From contig OY970208.1 in assembly GCA_963713865.1 (NCBI GenBank), forward strand, positions 2,528,001 through 2,592,000: DNA of 64,000 nucleotides. The letters run 5' to 3'. The notes beneath the pieces are model-generated. The model searched no databases, had not been told where the DNA came from, and saw nothing but the letters and a program-made list of their open reading frames with translations. Every line of letters starts with the position of its first letter. Position 1 is the first letter of the stretch. A program made the position numbers and the translations under genes. The stretch comes from an uncultured candidate division Zixibacteria bacterium (GTDB taxonomy: Bacteria > Zixibacteria > MSB-5A5 > RBG-16-43-9). This document shows, one piece after another, positions 29,869 through 40,227 of the stretch.

Positions 29869-30411
29869 ATGTCAAAGCTGAGTATTAAAAACAGGGCTTA
29901 TTTTTTATTTTTGCTCATCTTTTTAGTTTTATTTACCAACAAAGCCCTTCCCCAGGAAGGTAAAATCGGTTATATCGACTCGATGAGACTCAAAACCGAT
30001 TATAAGGAGTTCGCTGACGTTCAGGCTAAATTTGACCAGCAATTAGCTGGGTGGCAGAGCCAGGCAGATAGCTTGAAAAAAACCGTGGATAGTCTGCAGT
30101 CAGATTTCGATAATCAAAGCTTGCTTTTAAGCGAGGAGAAGAAAAAGGAGAAAGAGAATCTTATCGAGCAAAAGAAGAGTGAATATACCAGCTTCGTCAA
30201 TCAAGCCTTTGGTCCCGGGGGAAAGATGGAAAAGCTGAATGCAGAGCTGACCAAACCGATCCTGGATAAGATTAATACTGTTCTGGAAAAGATTGCTTTA
30301 GAGAACAATTATATAGTGATCTTCGATGCGGTTAATGGAAATATCGCCTGGGCAAAGAAAGGGCTGGACTTAACTGAGATGGTGCTGGAAGAATTGAATA
30401 AGATGCAATAA
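29869..30411 (+). CDS. skp: OmpH/Skp chaperone
   Basis: Signal peptide, KIGYID, coiled coils, DLTEMVL; follows bamA. Confidence 0.9.
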   Translation: MSKLSIKNRAYFLFLLIFLVLFTNKALPQEGKIGYIDSMRLKTDYKEFADVQAKFDQQLAGWQSQADSLKKTVDSLQSDFDNQSLLLSEEKKKEKENLIEQKKSEYTSFVNQAFGPGGKMEKLNAELTKPILDKINTVLEKIALENNYIVIFDAVNGNIAWAKKGLDLTEMVLEELNKMQ

Positions 30412-30470
30412 TTTTAAATTTGATCGAATTTATCCGGAATAAATCCAATTAGAAATCCTTGGGAAACTTA

Positions 30471-31505
30471 ATGGAAAGAACCTTAGAGGAAATAGCTGCT
30501 CTACTTCAAGGAGAGCTTATCGGGGATGGTTCGGTTAAGATCAGAGGAATGGCTGGAATTGAAGAAGCCCAGCCCGGGGAGCTAACTTTTATGGTAAATC
30601 CTAAATATCAGGTATATCTAAAGAATACTAAAGCCTCCGGGGTAATAGTGGGCAAGGAGATTGAAAAATTAAAAATCCCTGTAATCCGTCATAATAATCC
30701 CTATTATGCTTTTTGCAAAGCCTTAGAGCTTTTCGCCATAAAAAAAGACTATCCGGAAAAGATTCATAAAAGCGCTATATTAGGTGAAGAGGTTAAAATC
30801 GGGAAGGGTGTGCACATAGGACCAATTGTAATCATTGGCGATAGAGTAAAAATAGAAGATAAGGTGGTGATTTTAGCAGGAAGTTTTATAGGGAATGACT
30901 CAACTATAGGTGAAGAAAGTTTCATCTATCCCCGGGTAACTATCCGGGAAGGATGCTTAATTGGCAGAAAGGTTATTCTTCATAGTGGTGCAGTGATTGG
31001 AAGCGATGGATTTGGTTATGCTAAACAGGATGGAGTTTACCATAAGATACCCCAGATCGGGAAAGTGGTTTTAGAAGACGACGTGGAAATTGGAGCAAAT
31101 ACTACCATCGATCGAGCCACCTTAGGTGAGACCAGAATAGGGAAAGGAACAAAAATCGATAATCTGGTTCAGATAGGACATAATGTAACCATTGGAGAGA
31201 ATTCGATCTTAGCCGGACAGGTTGGGATCTCCGGAAGCACAAAAATTGGTAAAAATGTGACTATGGGTGGGCAGGTAGGAGTAGCCGGTCATATAAAGAT
31301 CGGAGATAATGTTATGGTTGGTGCCCAGACCGGCGTTACTAAATCTATCCCTTCAAATATTATAGTGTCAGGTTATCCTGTCAGAGAGCACGGTAAAGCC
31401 AAAAAGATAGAAGCCTGTATTACCCTTTTACCTCTTTATGTTAAGAAGATCAGAGAGCTGGAGAAAAAAATAAAAGATTTGGAAAAGAAGATAAAAGAAA
31501 GATAA
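30471..31505 (+). CDS. lpxD: UDP-3-O-acylglucosamine N-acyltransferase
   Basis: Hexapeptide repeats, [24 protein letters not shown]. Confidence 0.95.
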   Translation: MERTLEEIAALLQGELIGDGSVKIRGMAGIEEAQPGELTFMVNPKYQVYLKNTKASGVIVGKEIEKLKIPVIRHNNPYYAFCKALELFAIKKDYPEKIHKSAILGEEVKIGKGVHIGPIVIIGDRVKIEDKVVILAGSFIGNDSTIGEESFIYPRVTIREGCLIGRKVILHSGAVIGSDGFGYAKQDGVYHKIPQIGKVVLEDDVEIGANTTIDRATLGETRIGKGTKIDNLVQIGHNVTIGENSILAGQVGISGSTKIGKNVTMGGQVGVAGHIKIGDNVMVGAQTGVTKSIPSNIIVSGYPVREHGKAKKIEACITLLPLYVKKIRELEKKIKDLEKKIKER

Positions 31506-31604
31506 AGAAAAATTTTGACTTTGAAGAACGTAAACTTAATGGATCTTTATTCAGTTTGTAAGAAATAATCGTAATGATTTGTGTAAAGAGATTTGGAGGT
31601 AAAG

Positions 31605-32081
31605 ATGGCATATAAAGTTTTCATAAGCCATAGCACCCGAGATCAAGGCCTGGTAATATCGCTGGCTAAACTACTTTCAGAGTTTGGAGTTGATACATTT
31701 GTTGCGGAGTGGTATCTCACGCCCGGCAAAAGACTTGATGAAAAAGTGGTTAAGCAAATTAGAAATTCAAATTGCCTAGTTGTTTTGTTAACAAAAAATG
31801 GCGTAAGGTCAAATTGGGTTCAGCAAGAAATAGGAGTTGCATTGAATTCCGAAATTCCTCTAATCCCGTTAGTTGAGAAGGGAATTGACCCAAAAGATTT
31901 GGGATCATTACAGGGGAAGGAGTATATCGAATATGACCCATTTCAATCTCAGAAGGCTCTGGTAAAAGCATCTACCTATGTGAGATCGCTGAAGTTGAAG
32001 AAAGAAGAACGAGAAAAGGCTTTACTGGTTGCAGGTGGAATTCTTGCTTTTCTACTTTTGCTTTACGGAGGAGAAAGATGA
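31605..32081 (+). CDS. TIR-domain protein with C-terminal hydrophobic anchor
   Basis: KVFISHS..D, VVLLT....SNWVQQEIG (catalytic Glu), LIPL; tail ALLVAGGILAFLLLLYG; GGAGG RBS before ATG 31605. Confidence 0.88.
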   Translation: MAYKVFISHSTRDQGLVISLAKLLSEFGVDTFVAEWYLTPGKRLDEKVVKQIRNSNCLVVLLTKNGVRSNWVQQEIGVALNSEIPLIPLVEKGIDPKDLGSLQGKEYIEYDPFQSQKALVKASTYVRSLKLKKEEREKALLVAGGILAFLLLLYGGER

Positions 32082-32362
32082 AAAAAATTTCGTATGTCCC
32101 CTCCAAAGACGAGATGTTAGTAGAATTTGGTCCTATAAAAAGAGAACCAACAAAAAAAATAGGGCGATTCAGGTTATGGTTGGATAAAAAAGGGGATGTT
32201 CGTGCTCTTGCTATTATGCCGTATGAAGAAGAGTTAATGGAATTTAGTAAAAATATACATAAGATAAAATTGGGTGGTATCTGGAGAGGGGTAAGGATTA
32301 CAGAGGAAGATATTAAGGAAGCACGCCTGGACCTGTTAAAGAAACTTGAGGAGAAATGGTAA
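32078..32362 (+). CDS. Putative antitoxin (DUF2283-like N-terminus, VapB-like tail)
   Basis: ISY....DEMLVEF...LWLDKKGDVRALAI; tail KLGGIWRGVRITEEDIKEAR; overlaps both neighbours. Confidence 0.55.
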   Translation: MKKISYVPSKDEMLVEFGPIKREPTKKIGRFRLWLDKKGDVRALAIMPYEEELMEFSKNIHKIKLGGIWRGVRITEEDIKEARLDLLKKLEEKW

Positions 32363-32751
32363 AGCCATACGTTACCGATACTCATTCTTTAGTCTGGTAT
32401 ATGACCGACGACCGTAGGCTTTCTAAAAAAGCAAAATGGATTTTTGTAAGTGCTGATATTTCCCAAAACACAATTTACATCCCCTGTATTGTCTTTTTTG
32501 AGTTACTATATCTCATTAAAAAGAAAAAAATCAATGTTGATTTTGATTGCTTCATCAAGCTGGTATCTTCATCTAAGAATTACAGAGTAGAACCATTATG
32601 TTTGCCTATAATTGAGAATAGTAGAAAAATCCATAAGAAGGTGGTAGACCCCTGGGATAGATTAATAGCTGCTACTTCAATGCATCTGAATGCCCCTCTA
32701 ATCAGTAAAGATAGGTTATTGAGAGGAATTGGATTAGAAGTAATATGGTAA
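32356..32751 (+). CDS. PIN-domain (VapC-like) ribonuclease toxin
   Basis: YVTDTHSLVW, FFEL, DPWDRLIAAT, LISKD acidic tetrad. Confidence 0.9.
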   Translation: MVKPYVTDTHSLVWYMTDDRRLSKKAKWIFVSADISQNTIYIPCIVFFELLYLIKKKKINVDFDCFIKLVSSSKNYRVEPLCLPIIENSRKIHKKVVDPWDRLIAATSMHLNAPLISKDRLLRGIGLEVIW

Positions 32752-32781
32752 TATGGCTAGTATAGATTTAAATTAGAAGTT

Positions 32782-33126
32782 ATGACTGAGTTGACTGATA
32801 TAAATCTCGATTCTGAGGTTTTAAATTCAAAGGACATCTATTTAGTGGATTTCTGGGCAGAATGGTGCAGACCCTGTAAGAGTATCTTCTCTATTCTGGA
32901 GAAGATATCTATTGAATACAAAGGGATACTAAAAGTTGGGAAACTGGATGTAGGCAAATACCCGGGAATCGCTGTAAAATTTAATATACTGAGTATGCCT
33001 AACCTTCTTTTTTTCAAAGATGGCAAGGTCATTGAGCAGGTAATTGGAACGGAAAGTGAAGGGAAATTATCGAAAATAATCAATGATATCATGAAGGAGC
33101 ATAATATAATGAAGGAGAAAAGATGA
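32782..33126 (+). CDS. Divergent thioredoxin paralogue (WCRPC)
   Basis: LVDFWAEWCRPC, GKLDV, SMPNLLFFK. Confidence 0.85.
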   Translation: MTELTDINLDSEVLNSKDIYLVDFWAEWCRPCKSIFSILEKISIEYKGILKVGKLDVGKYPGIAVKFNILSMPNLLFFKDGKVIEQVIGTESEGKLSKIINDIMKEHNIMKEKR

Positions 33127-33449
33127 GCGAGCCGATTGAACTCACAGACGATAATTTTGAGCAGGAGGTTTTGAACTCGGATCTTCCGGTTTTGGTTGAT
33201 TTCTGGGCTACCTGGTGCGGTCCTTGCAGGATGGTCGGTCCGATCGTAGACGAGCTGGCAAAGGAATATGTCAGTAAAGTTAAAGTTGGGAAACTAAATG
33301 TGGATAGCAATGGAAAAATCCCGATCAAATATGGAATAATGAGCATCCCCAGTCTCCTTTTCTTCAAAAAGGGACAGGTGGTGGAGCAAATAGTCGGAGC
33401 AGTACCCAAAAAAAATCTTGTGGAAACAATAGAGAAAATCTTAGTCTAA
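33123..33449 (+). CDS. trxA: Thioredoxin
   Basis: PVLVDFWATWCGPC, SIPSLLFFK. Confidence 0.95.
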   Translation: MSEPIELTDDNFEQEVLNSDLPVLVDFWATWCGPCRMVGPIVDELAKEYVSKVKVGKLNVDSNGKIPIKYGIMSIPSLLFFKKGQVVEQIVGAVPKKNLVETIEKILV

Positions 33450-33588
33450 TAGGTTTATAAAAGCTCCGGTTGAGACTTGTAGGTTTGGCATATCCACTGA
33501 ACTGATTGACAAAAAATGTCTGATAGTAGATACTGGAGTGTAAAGCTTTAGCTTTACTTTTTACTTAAAAGTTAAATCGAGGGATTGT

Positions 33589-33999
33589 ATGCAGGTAGAG
33601 ATAAAATGGGTTGGGAAACGAGAATTTATTGGAGAAACTGAATCCGGTAATAAAATAAGAATAGATATCGCTATTGAAAAAGGAGGAGAAAATACCGGAC
33701 CAGCTCCGATGGAGCTTATTCTCTTAGCCTTAGGCGGGTGTACCGGATTGGATGTGGTCTCGATCCTGGAAAAGAAAAGGGTAAAATTAGAAGGGATGGA
33801 GATTAAAATCGAAGCTGAAAAAACTGAAAATCATCCCAGAGTCTTCAGTAAAATAAAAATTGAATATCTCTTTCGGGGAAAAGATTTAAAAGAATCCGAT
33901 CTGAAAAATGCCATAGAACTCTCCCAGGAGAAATACTGCTCCGTCAGCGCAATGTTAAATAAAACTGCGGAACTGAGCTATACCTGGAAAATCCTCTAA
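33589..33999 (+). CDS. OsmC-family protein (YhfA-like)
   Basis: PMELILLALGGC, KYCSV. Confidence 0.9.
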   Translation: MQVEIKWVGKREFIGETESGNKIRIDIAIEKGGENTGPAPMELILLALGGCTGLDVVSILEKKRVKLEGMEIKIEAEKTENHPRVFSKIKIEYLFRGKDLKESDLKNAIELSQEKYCSVSAMLNKTAELSYTWKIL

Positions 34000-34140
34000 T
34001 TTAGCAGGTCAAGCATGTCTCTTAGACTGCTTGATAAATCATCTTTTTGTTTGTAGCGGAAGGTTTTAACCTTCCATTTTTCATTTATCTTGACAAAATA
34101 AAGTCTTCAGTTTAAATATGAAAGAGTAAAAGGAAAAAAG

Positions 34141-34623
34141 ATGCTAAAATATCATATGAACCGGAAAGAAAAACAGATAACTGATCCGGTAGTATTAAAC
34201 GAAATATTGAAACAGGGAAAATATGTTACGATAGCAATGTGCCGGGCGAAAGAACCCTACATAGTTGCGCTAAATTATGGATATGATGAAAATAAAAATT
34301 CCTTATATTTTCACTGTTCCCTTAAAGGCTTGAAACTCGATTTCATCAAGCATAATTCAGCAGTCTGTGCCACCGTAATAGAGGACAGGGGGTATAAAAT
34401 TGGAGATTGTTCGCAGGCTTATCGCTCAGTAGTCTTCTGGGGAAAAATGTACATCATAGAAGATTTAGAGGAGAAAAAACATGGAATAAATATCCTTTTG
34501 AATCATCTGGAAGATAATCCGGGTGAAATCAAAGAAAAAAGTTTGAAATCGGATGATATATATAAAGAAGTAGGAATCTTGAGATTGGATATAACCGAGA
34601 TAAGCGGGAAACAAGGGAACTAA
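34141..34623 (+). CDS. Pyridoxamine 5'-phosphate oxidase-like (NimA-like) flavin-binding protein
   Basis: [33 protein letters not shown]. Confidence 0.85.
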   Translation: MLKYHMNRKEKQITDPVVLNEILKQGKYVTIAMCRAKEPYIVALNYGYDENKNSLYFHCSLKGLKLDFIKHNSAVCATVIEDRGYKIGDCSQAYRSVVFWGKMYIIEDLEEKKHGINILLNHLEDNPGEIKEKSLKSDDIYKEVGILRLDITEISGKQGN

Positions 34624-34720
34624 GATAGGTAAGAGCGACCTGCTCTCTGGCTTTGCTCAGAGCAGTAAGTTAATTGAACTGCCGGGTCGCTCCTGCACTC
34701 TGAAAACAAGGAGGAGTTCT

Positions 34721-35164
34721 ATGCTCAAGGAGTTCAAAGAATTTGCCATGAAAGGGAATGTGCTGGATATGGCAATCGGGATCATCATTGGTGCGGCGTT
34801 TGGGAAAATCGTTTCCTCGCTGGTGGGTGATGTCATAATGCCGCCTATCGGCTTACTCCTGGGTAAATTCGATTTTTCTACCCTGTTCATCAATCTGTCC
34901 GGTCAGCCCTATGCCTCTCTGGCACAGGCTAAAGCCGCAGGTGCCGCCACCATCAATTATGGAACGTTCATTAATACGGTGATCGATTTCATCATTGTGG
35001 CTTTTGTGATCTTCTTGTTGATCCGGCAGGTCAACAAATTGAAACGCCAGCCAGAACCAGTACCGGCTATTCCCACGACCAAAGAGTGTCCCTATTGTTT
35101 ATCCGCTGTTCCGCTCAAGGCCATACGTTGCCCACATTGTACCTCAGAACTCAAGACTGTGTGA
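34721..35164 (+). CDS. mscL: Large-conductance mechanosensitive channel with C-terminal Zn ribbon
   Basis: [36 protein letters not shown] tail. Confidence 0.95.
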   Translation: MLKEFKEFAMKGNVLDMAIGIIIGAAFGKIVSSLVGDVIMPPIGLLLGKFDFSTLFINLSGQPYASLAQAKAAGAATINYGTFINTVIDFIIVAFVIFLLIRQVNKLKRQPEPVPAIPTTKECPYCLSAVPLKAIRCPHCTSELKTV

Positions 35165-35168
35165 AATT

Positions 35169-35395
35169 GTAGGGGCACGGCGCGCCGTGCCCCTACCAAA
35201 TTATTTTTTGTTCAGTCAGGTCTTATGCCTGATAGAATTTTATCTACAGGTAAAGATAAGATTCTTCTCCTGCCATAGGCTGGATCAGAATGACAGATAA
35301 GGAAAATAAACGTCGGGCATAAAACCCGACGCTACGAATTCGTAGGATCCGTAGGGCTTGAACAATGGGAAACAAGCAAGGATGCCTGTTCTACC
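35169..35395. repeat. REP cluster between convergent mscL and cupredoxin genes
   Basis: Perfect 28-nt palindrome 35169-35196; cgtcgggcataaaacccgacgctac; RAYT#2-type aacaagcaaggatgcctgttctacc. Confidence 0.88.
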
Positions 35396-35403
35396 AAACA
35401 ATA

Positions 35404-35778
35404 CTACTCCACAATCAACTTCCCCCTCATCATCCCCATCCCACAGGTGAAAACATATTCGCCTGGTTTTTCGGGAGTGAACTCAATGGAGGTGGTTTTA
35501 TAGGCAGGCAAACTTTTTCTTATATTGAAATCCCCGAAAACAATCTCCTCAGAGCAGTCTGCGGTCTCATCACGGTAGAAATCTATCTTGACCGGAAGCC
35601 CCTTTTTCACTACAATCACATCCGGATCATAACCGCCTTTAACGATAACCTTTATCTCCTGGACATTGCCTACCTTTACCGAGGCTTTTACTTTCTCCCT
35701 TCTTGAAAAGAAGAAATACCAATTCACAAAAACAATCAAGAGAATCCCTATAATTGTGACAATAATTTTTGATTCCAT
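35404..35778 (-). CDS. Membrane-anchored cupredoxin-fold copper chaperone (CupA-like)
   Basis: N-terminal TM, GGYDPDVI, FTCGMGMMRG; downstream of copA. Confidence 0.88.
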   Translation of the reverse strand: MESKIIVTIIGILLIVFVNWYFFFSRREKVKASVKVGNVQEIKVIVKGGYDPDVIVVKKGLPVKIDFYRDETADCSEEIVFGDFNIRKSLPAYKTTSIEFTPEKPGEYVFTCGMGMMRGKLIVE

Positions 35779-35793
35779 ATTTTCCTCTTTTTC

Positions 35794-35882
35794 GTAGCGT
35801 CTGGGTTTATCCCAGACGTTTTTTCGTCGGGCGTAAAGCCCGACGCTACTTTATGTAGGGGCGTATTGCAATACGCCCCTAC
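35794..35882. repeat. REP doublet plus 28-nt palindrome
   Basis: gtagcgtctgggtttatcccagacg..cgtcgggcgtaaagcccgacgctac; gtaggggcgtattgcaatacgcccctac. Confidence 0.88.
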
Positions 35883-35884
35883 CG

Positions 35885-38497
35885 TCAAAACCTTCTTAAC
35901 CTCAAAGAATTTGAAACTACTGAGACTGAGCTGAAAGCCATAGCCGCTGAGGCGATCATAGGGTTTAGCAAAATCCCTATGAAAGGATAAAGTAAGCCTG
36001 CAGCAATTGGAATGCCTAAAACGTTATAGATAAAAGCCCAGAAAAGGTTCTGCTTGATTATCTTTATGGTTCTTTTACTCAACTTAATTGCGGTAACCAC
36101 TCCGGAAAGGTCTCCTTTTATCAGGGTAATATCTGAAGCCTCCATTGCCACGTCTGTTCCTGTGCCTATTGCTATTCCTATATCTGCCTGGGCTAAAGCC
36201 GGGGCATCATTTATCCCATCACCGACCATCGCCACAATCTTCCCTTCCTCCTGTAGTTTCTTAATCTCACTCACCTTATCCTCGGGTAGAACCTCGGAAA
36301 TCACTCTATCGATTCCGGCTTTTCTGGCAATTGCCTCAGCCGTCTTTTTATTATCCCCGGTCAGCATAACTACTTCTAAACCTAACTTATGAAGCTCTTC
36401 CACTGCCTTCTTTGAATTTTCTTTTAAAGTATCTGCAACTGCTATGATTGCTGATATTTTTCCATCTATGGAAAGATAGATCGGAGTTTTCCCATCTTGA
36501 GCTAATTCTTCACCTCTGGGGATTAAATCTTTTATCTCAAGTTTCTTTTCTTCTAACAGTTTTTGATTACCCAAGAGTATTTTTTTGTTATCTATTTTCG
36601 CCTCTATACCAAAACCGGATATAGCATTAAATTCCTCAGGCTCTTTAAGCTCGATATTCTCCTGAATAGCTTTTCTCACTATGGCCTCGCCTAAGGGGTG
36701 CTCTGAATTTTTTTCTGCGCTTCCAGCATAAAATAAAATATCTTTTGAGACTGACTTATCGAAAAGAATTATATCCGTTACCTCCGGCTCACCTTTGGTC
36801 AAAGTCCCGGTCTTATCGAAGACGATAGAGTTAATCTTATGAGCAGTTTCGAGAGTCTCTCCTCCTTTTATTAAAATCCCCTTTTCCGCTCCTTTACCTG
36901 TGCCCACCATAATCGCAGTGGGTGTAGCAAGCCCGAGGGCGCAGGGACAAGCGATGATCATAACTGCCACAAAATTCAAAAGGGCATAGGTCAGAGACGG
37001 GCCGGGACCAAAAATAAACCATAAGATAAAAGTAAAAATGGCAATGGAGATCACTACCGGCACAAAATATCCGGCAATCACGTCAGCTAATCTCTGAATG
37101 GGAGCTTTACTGCCTTGAGCTTCCTGTACTAATCTGATGATCTGGGCTAAAGCGGTATCCTTTCCCACTTTTGTGGCTTCGAACTTGAAACTCCCGCTCT
37201 TGTTAATCGTAGCACCGATAACCTCATCCCCGGCTTTCTTCTCCGCCGGAACACTCTCACCGGTTATCATCGATTCATCCACATAAGATTTACCTTCTTT
37301 GACTATACCATCCACCGGAATCTTCTCACCCGGGCGGACAATAACTACATCGCCGACTAATACCTCCTCCACCGGAATATCCAGTTCTTTTCCATTTCGA
37401 ATCACCCTGGCAGTTTTCGGTCGCAAGCCGATCAGCTTTTTTATAGCTTCAGAGGTTTGCCCTTTAGCCCTGGCCTCAAGCAGCCTCCCCAAGAGTATCA
37501 GGGTAATTATTACCACCGAAGTATCGAAGTAAACCCTGGGCTCAATTCCTGAAGCTCTGAAAAAAGAAGGGAAGATGGTGGCAATTATACTGTATAAATA
37601 GGCGGCTGAGGTTCCCACAGCAATTAAAGTATTCATATCTGCATTCCTGTGTCTGAATGCACCCCAGGCGCCGCGGTAGAACTGCCATCCAGCCCAGAAC
37701 TGAACCGGGGTAGCTAAAAACCAGAGAAGATAACGATTAGTTAGTATCCGGGGGAGTCCAGATATCCATTCCAGACTTCCTATCAAAACTATTATGCTCA
37801 AGACTAAACTGAAGAGGAATTTCTTTTTCAGTTTTATGTATTCCTTTTCACGGATTACCCTTTCATAATCCTCAACTTCTCCTTTTCCAATCCCCAGGAC
37901 CTTATACCCAGTAGATTCGATTGCTTTTTTCAGTTCGGACAAATTTGTCTCTGATGGAAGGTATTCCACCTTAGCCTTATCCGTTGCTAAATTCACCACT
38001 GCCTTTGTCACCCCATCAGTTTCAAGTAATGCCTGTTCGATTTTCTGGACACAGGAGGCACAGTCTATTCCCTGGATCGGGATTTCAACGGAAACCGTCC
38101 CTACATCATACCCGCTTCCGCGGATAGAATGGATGAATCCATCTACTCCGACTTTTTCAGAATCATAAAAGATGGTTGCCCGCTGGGTAGCTAAATTCAC
38201 CGAAGCTTTTTCTACTCCCGGAAGCCTGGACAACCCCTTCTGAATCGTCTGAGCACAGGAAGCGCAGGTCATCCCCAGGATGGGTAGATCGATTCTCTCA
38301 CTTTTTTTATCTTTAGGTTCATATTTAAAAGTAAGTTTTTCAGAAACAGGTTTTTCCTGGAGGAATTTCACCGGATCTTTGTCGAATTCCTCTTTGCAAT
38401 GCTGGGAACAGAAATAATAGACCACACCCTTATAAGTAGAGCTTCCAGCGGCTTCCTTCTCCTCGATTTCCATCCCGCAAACTGGATCTATATGCAT
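35885..38497 (-). CDS. copA: Cu(I)-translocating P1B-type ATPase (YHS plus 2 HMA domains)
   Basis: DPVCGM, two CASC motifs, TGES, CPC, DKTGT, GDGIND, YN..IP, MAFSS. Confidence 0.95.
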   Translation of the reverse strand: MHIDPVCGMEIEEKEAAGSSTYKGVVYYFCSQHCKEEFDKDPVKFLQEKPVSEKLTFKYEPKDKKSERIDLPILGMTCASCAQTIQKGLSRLPGVEKASVNLATQRATIFYDSEKVGVDGFIHSIRGSGYDVGTVSVEIPIQGIDCASCVQKIEQALLETDGVTKAVVNLATDKAKVEYLPSETNLSELKKAIESTGYKVLGIGKGEVEDYERVIREKEYIKLKKKFLFSLVLSIIVLIGSLEWISGLPRILTNRYLLWFLATPVQFWAGWQFYRGAWGAFRHRNADMNTLIAVGTSAAYLYSIIATIFPSFFRASGIEPRVYFDTSVVIITLILLGRLLEARAKGQTSEAIKKLIGLRPKTARVIRNGKELDIPVEEVLVGDVVIVRPGEKIPVDGIVKEGKSYVDESMITGESVPAEKKAGDEVIGATINKSGSFKFEATKVGKDTALAQIIRLVQEAQGSKAPIQRLADVIAGYFVPVVISIAIFTFILWFIFGPGPSLTYALLNFVAVMIIACPCALGLATPTAIMVGTGKGAEKGILIKGGETLETAHKINSIVFDKTGTLTKGEPEVTDIILFDKSVSKDILFYAGSAEKNSEHPLGEAIVRKAIQENIELKEPEEFNAISGFGIEAKIDNKKILLGNQKLLEEKKLEIKDLIPRGEELAQDGKTPIYLSIDGKISAIIAVADTLKENSKKAVEELHKLGLEVVMLTGDNKKTAEAIARKAGIDRVISEVLPEDKVSEIKKLQEEGKIVAMVGDGINDAPALAQADIGIAIGTGTDVAMEASDITLIKGDLSGVVTAIKLSKRTIKIIKQNLFWAFIYNVLGIPIAAGLLYPFIGILLNPMIASAAMAFSSVSVVSNSLRLRRF

Positions 38498-38593
38498 TTT
38501 TTCCTCTTCTTATATAGCATAGCTTATTATAGCAGTACGAAAAAGTTTACAGCAGCCTTAGGGCAAAGCTTCAACCTTGCATTGAACATCTTC

Positions 38594-38818
38594 TTAGGTA
38601 CTTGAAATATCCCTTTTCTTTTGCTCAAACTCCTCTTTGTTTATCTCTCCTTTAACATATCTTTTCTTCAAGATATCTAAGGCACTTTCTTCCTGAGCAG
38701 GAGGCCTGGTTTCAGTTTTCCCCTGCTGAAAGAGCCATTTGACCACAAGAACGATGACCACTATAAAAGCAATCCAGAAAAGAATCATCCCCAGCCATCC
38801 AAATCCCCACATATACAT
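38594..38818 (-). CDS. SHOCT-domain small membrane protein
   Basis: TM helix, ALDILKKRYVKGEINKEEF. Confidence 0.85.
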   Translation of the reverse strand: MYMWGFGWLGMILFWIAFIVVIVLVVKWLFQQGKTETRPPAQEESALDILKKRYVKGEINKEEFEQKKRDISST

Positions 38819-38888
38819 ATTTTCCTCCTTAGATAATTTATCTTTTTAATAGCCGGACAGGAGTTGCACTCCTGTCTGCAAAATCCCT

Positions 38889-39743
38889 TTAATCTAAAAT
38901 ATTTATTAATCCCAATACGAAATTAGCCGAATTATCTGCGGCTACTTTAAAGAAATCTTTAATCTCCATAGCCGCAGTAGCAGAGCCTGAACCACCAGCC
39001 AAATCTGAACAGCTTCTCACCACTAAAACCGGAACTCCATTTATATTTGCCACCTGCACCACCGCCGCAGATTCCATATCCACAATTTCGGCGCCAAATT
39101 TATCCTTCAAATAGTCTCTTTTCTCCTTCTGATCGATAAACGAGTTACCGGACACTCCTTTACCTCCGGTTTTAACCTGAGGAATGCGTTCCTGAACCGG
39201 TTTTAATTTAAGAGACTGACCGGCTGATTTTGCTTTATCTAAAAGGTTCTTGTCCACTTCGAAATAAAGAACCCCAGCCTCTCTTTCATTGCCGGGCAGG
39301 ACCACATACACAGAGTCAGGTAAAAATCCCTCTTTGCCATAGTAGCCATAGTCATGCGTTGCCCAGCTCTCCGGGATCACGATATCGCCTATATGGTTTG
39401 AAGAATCAATGCCTCCACATATACCGGTGAAGATTATCTCTTTAGGATTATATTTGTCAATTAAAAGCTGGGTGGTCATCGCTGCATTGGTCATTCCCAC
39501 CCCGGAGTTGACAATGATAACCTCTTTGCCTTCTTCATCTGATCCGGCTGACAATTTACCAATCCAGAAAACTCTTCCTTTAACGAAAAGGCTATCCTGC
39601 AGATTTAGCCTGCTTCGTAGAAGCGTTCCTTCATCATCAAAGGCGTACATCAAGGCGATTTTACTTTTAGTTCCAGCAGATGATTGAATAAAAAAGATAC
39701 AGATAAAAAACAAAGCGGTGATAAGAATTAGCTTTCTTTTCAT
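38889..39743 (-). CDS. 5'-methylthioadenosine/SAH nucleosidase family, with signal peptide
   Basis: SGVGMTNAA, IFTGICGG, VDMESAA, VRSCSDLAG. Confidence 0.85.
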   Translation of the reverse strand: MKRKLILITALFFICIFFIQSSAGTKSKIALMYAFDDEGTLLRSRLNLQDSLFVKGRVFWIGKLSAGSDEEGKEVIIVNSGVGMTNAAMTTQLLIDKYNPKEIIFTGICGGIDSSNHIGDIVIPESWATHDYGYYGKEGFLPDSVYVVLPGNEREAGVLYFEVDKNLLDKAKSAGQSLKLKPVQERIPQVKTGGKGVSGNSFIDQKEKRDYLKDKFGAEIVDMESAAVVQVANINGVPVLVVRSCSDLAGGSGSATAAMEIKDFFKVAADNSANFVLGLINILD

Positions 39744-39799
39744 TTCTTTAAAACCTCCTCTAAAGTTAATAGGTTTATTTTCAGTCTTAACTTGGATTT

Positions 39800-39940
39800 A
39801 CCTCACCCTTTCCCTGCGGGAGAGGGTGAGGTTATGACAAAATATTTTTCTATTTACTTAGCAATCCAGAAAAGGTTGTACTAAAATTAACTAAGGGTAA
39901 AAGGATTGCTTCGTCTCGCCTTCGGCGGACCCGCAATGAC
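39800..39940. repeat. Palindromes of the CCTCACCC and GATTGCTTCG..GCAATGAC types
   Basis: acctcaccctttccctgcgggagagggtgaggt; gattgcttcgtctcgccttcggcggacccgcaatgac. Confidence 0.75.
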
Positions 39941-39945
39941 AGTGC

Positions 39946-40227
39946 TTATGTAACTACCCTCATCGGGTAGGTATAGAGATTCATCCTTTTACCTCTAGCG
40001 AAACCAATTACGGTAATTCCTAATCTTTGAGCTAACTCCAGGGCTGAACAGTAGATGATTAGATTAATTTTGGCTCTCCCGGCTTTTAACAATATATCAG
40101 AAGAGACTCTGCCACTGGAGATCAATAATTTATCCTGCAAGGGGATATTTTCGATTAAGCTTTCTCCTAATATCTTATCCACCGCATTATATCTTCCGAT
40201 ATCCTCTTTGAAAAGCCACTTTAATTT
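39946..40227 (-). pseudogene. fdhD: 5'-truncated formate dehydrogenase accessory sulfurtransferase fragment
   Basis: EDIGRYNAVDK..G, SSGRVSSDI, ITVIGFARG..MNLY; no N-terminal two thirds, in-frame stop upstream. Confidence 0.8.

Noticed and set aside
34632-34692. Three-way-junction RNA upstream of mscL as a riboswitch
   Set aside because: It matches no riboswitch consensus I know. The outer stem GAGCGACCTG/CGGGTCGCTC looks like a REP with an internal insert, like others here. An Rfam search would settle it.
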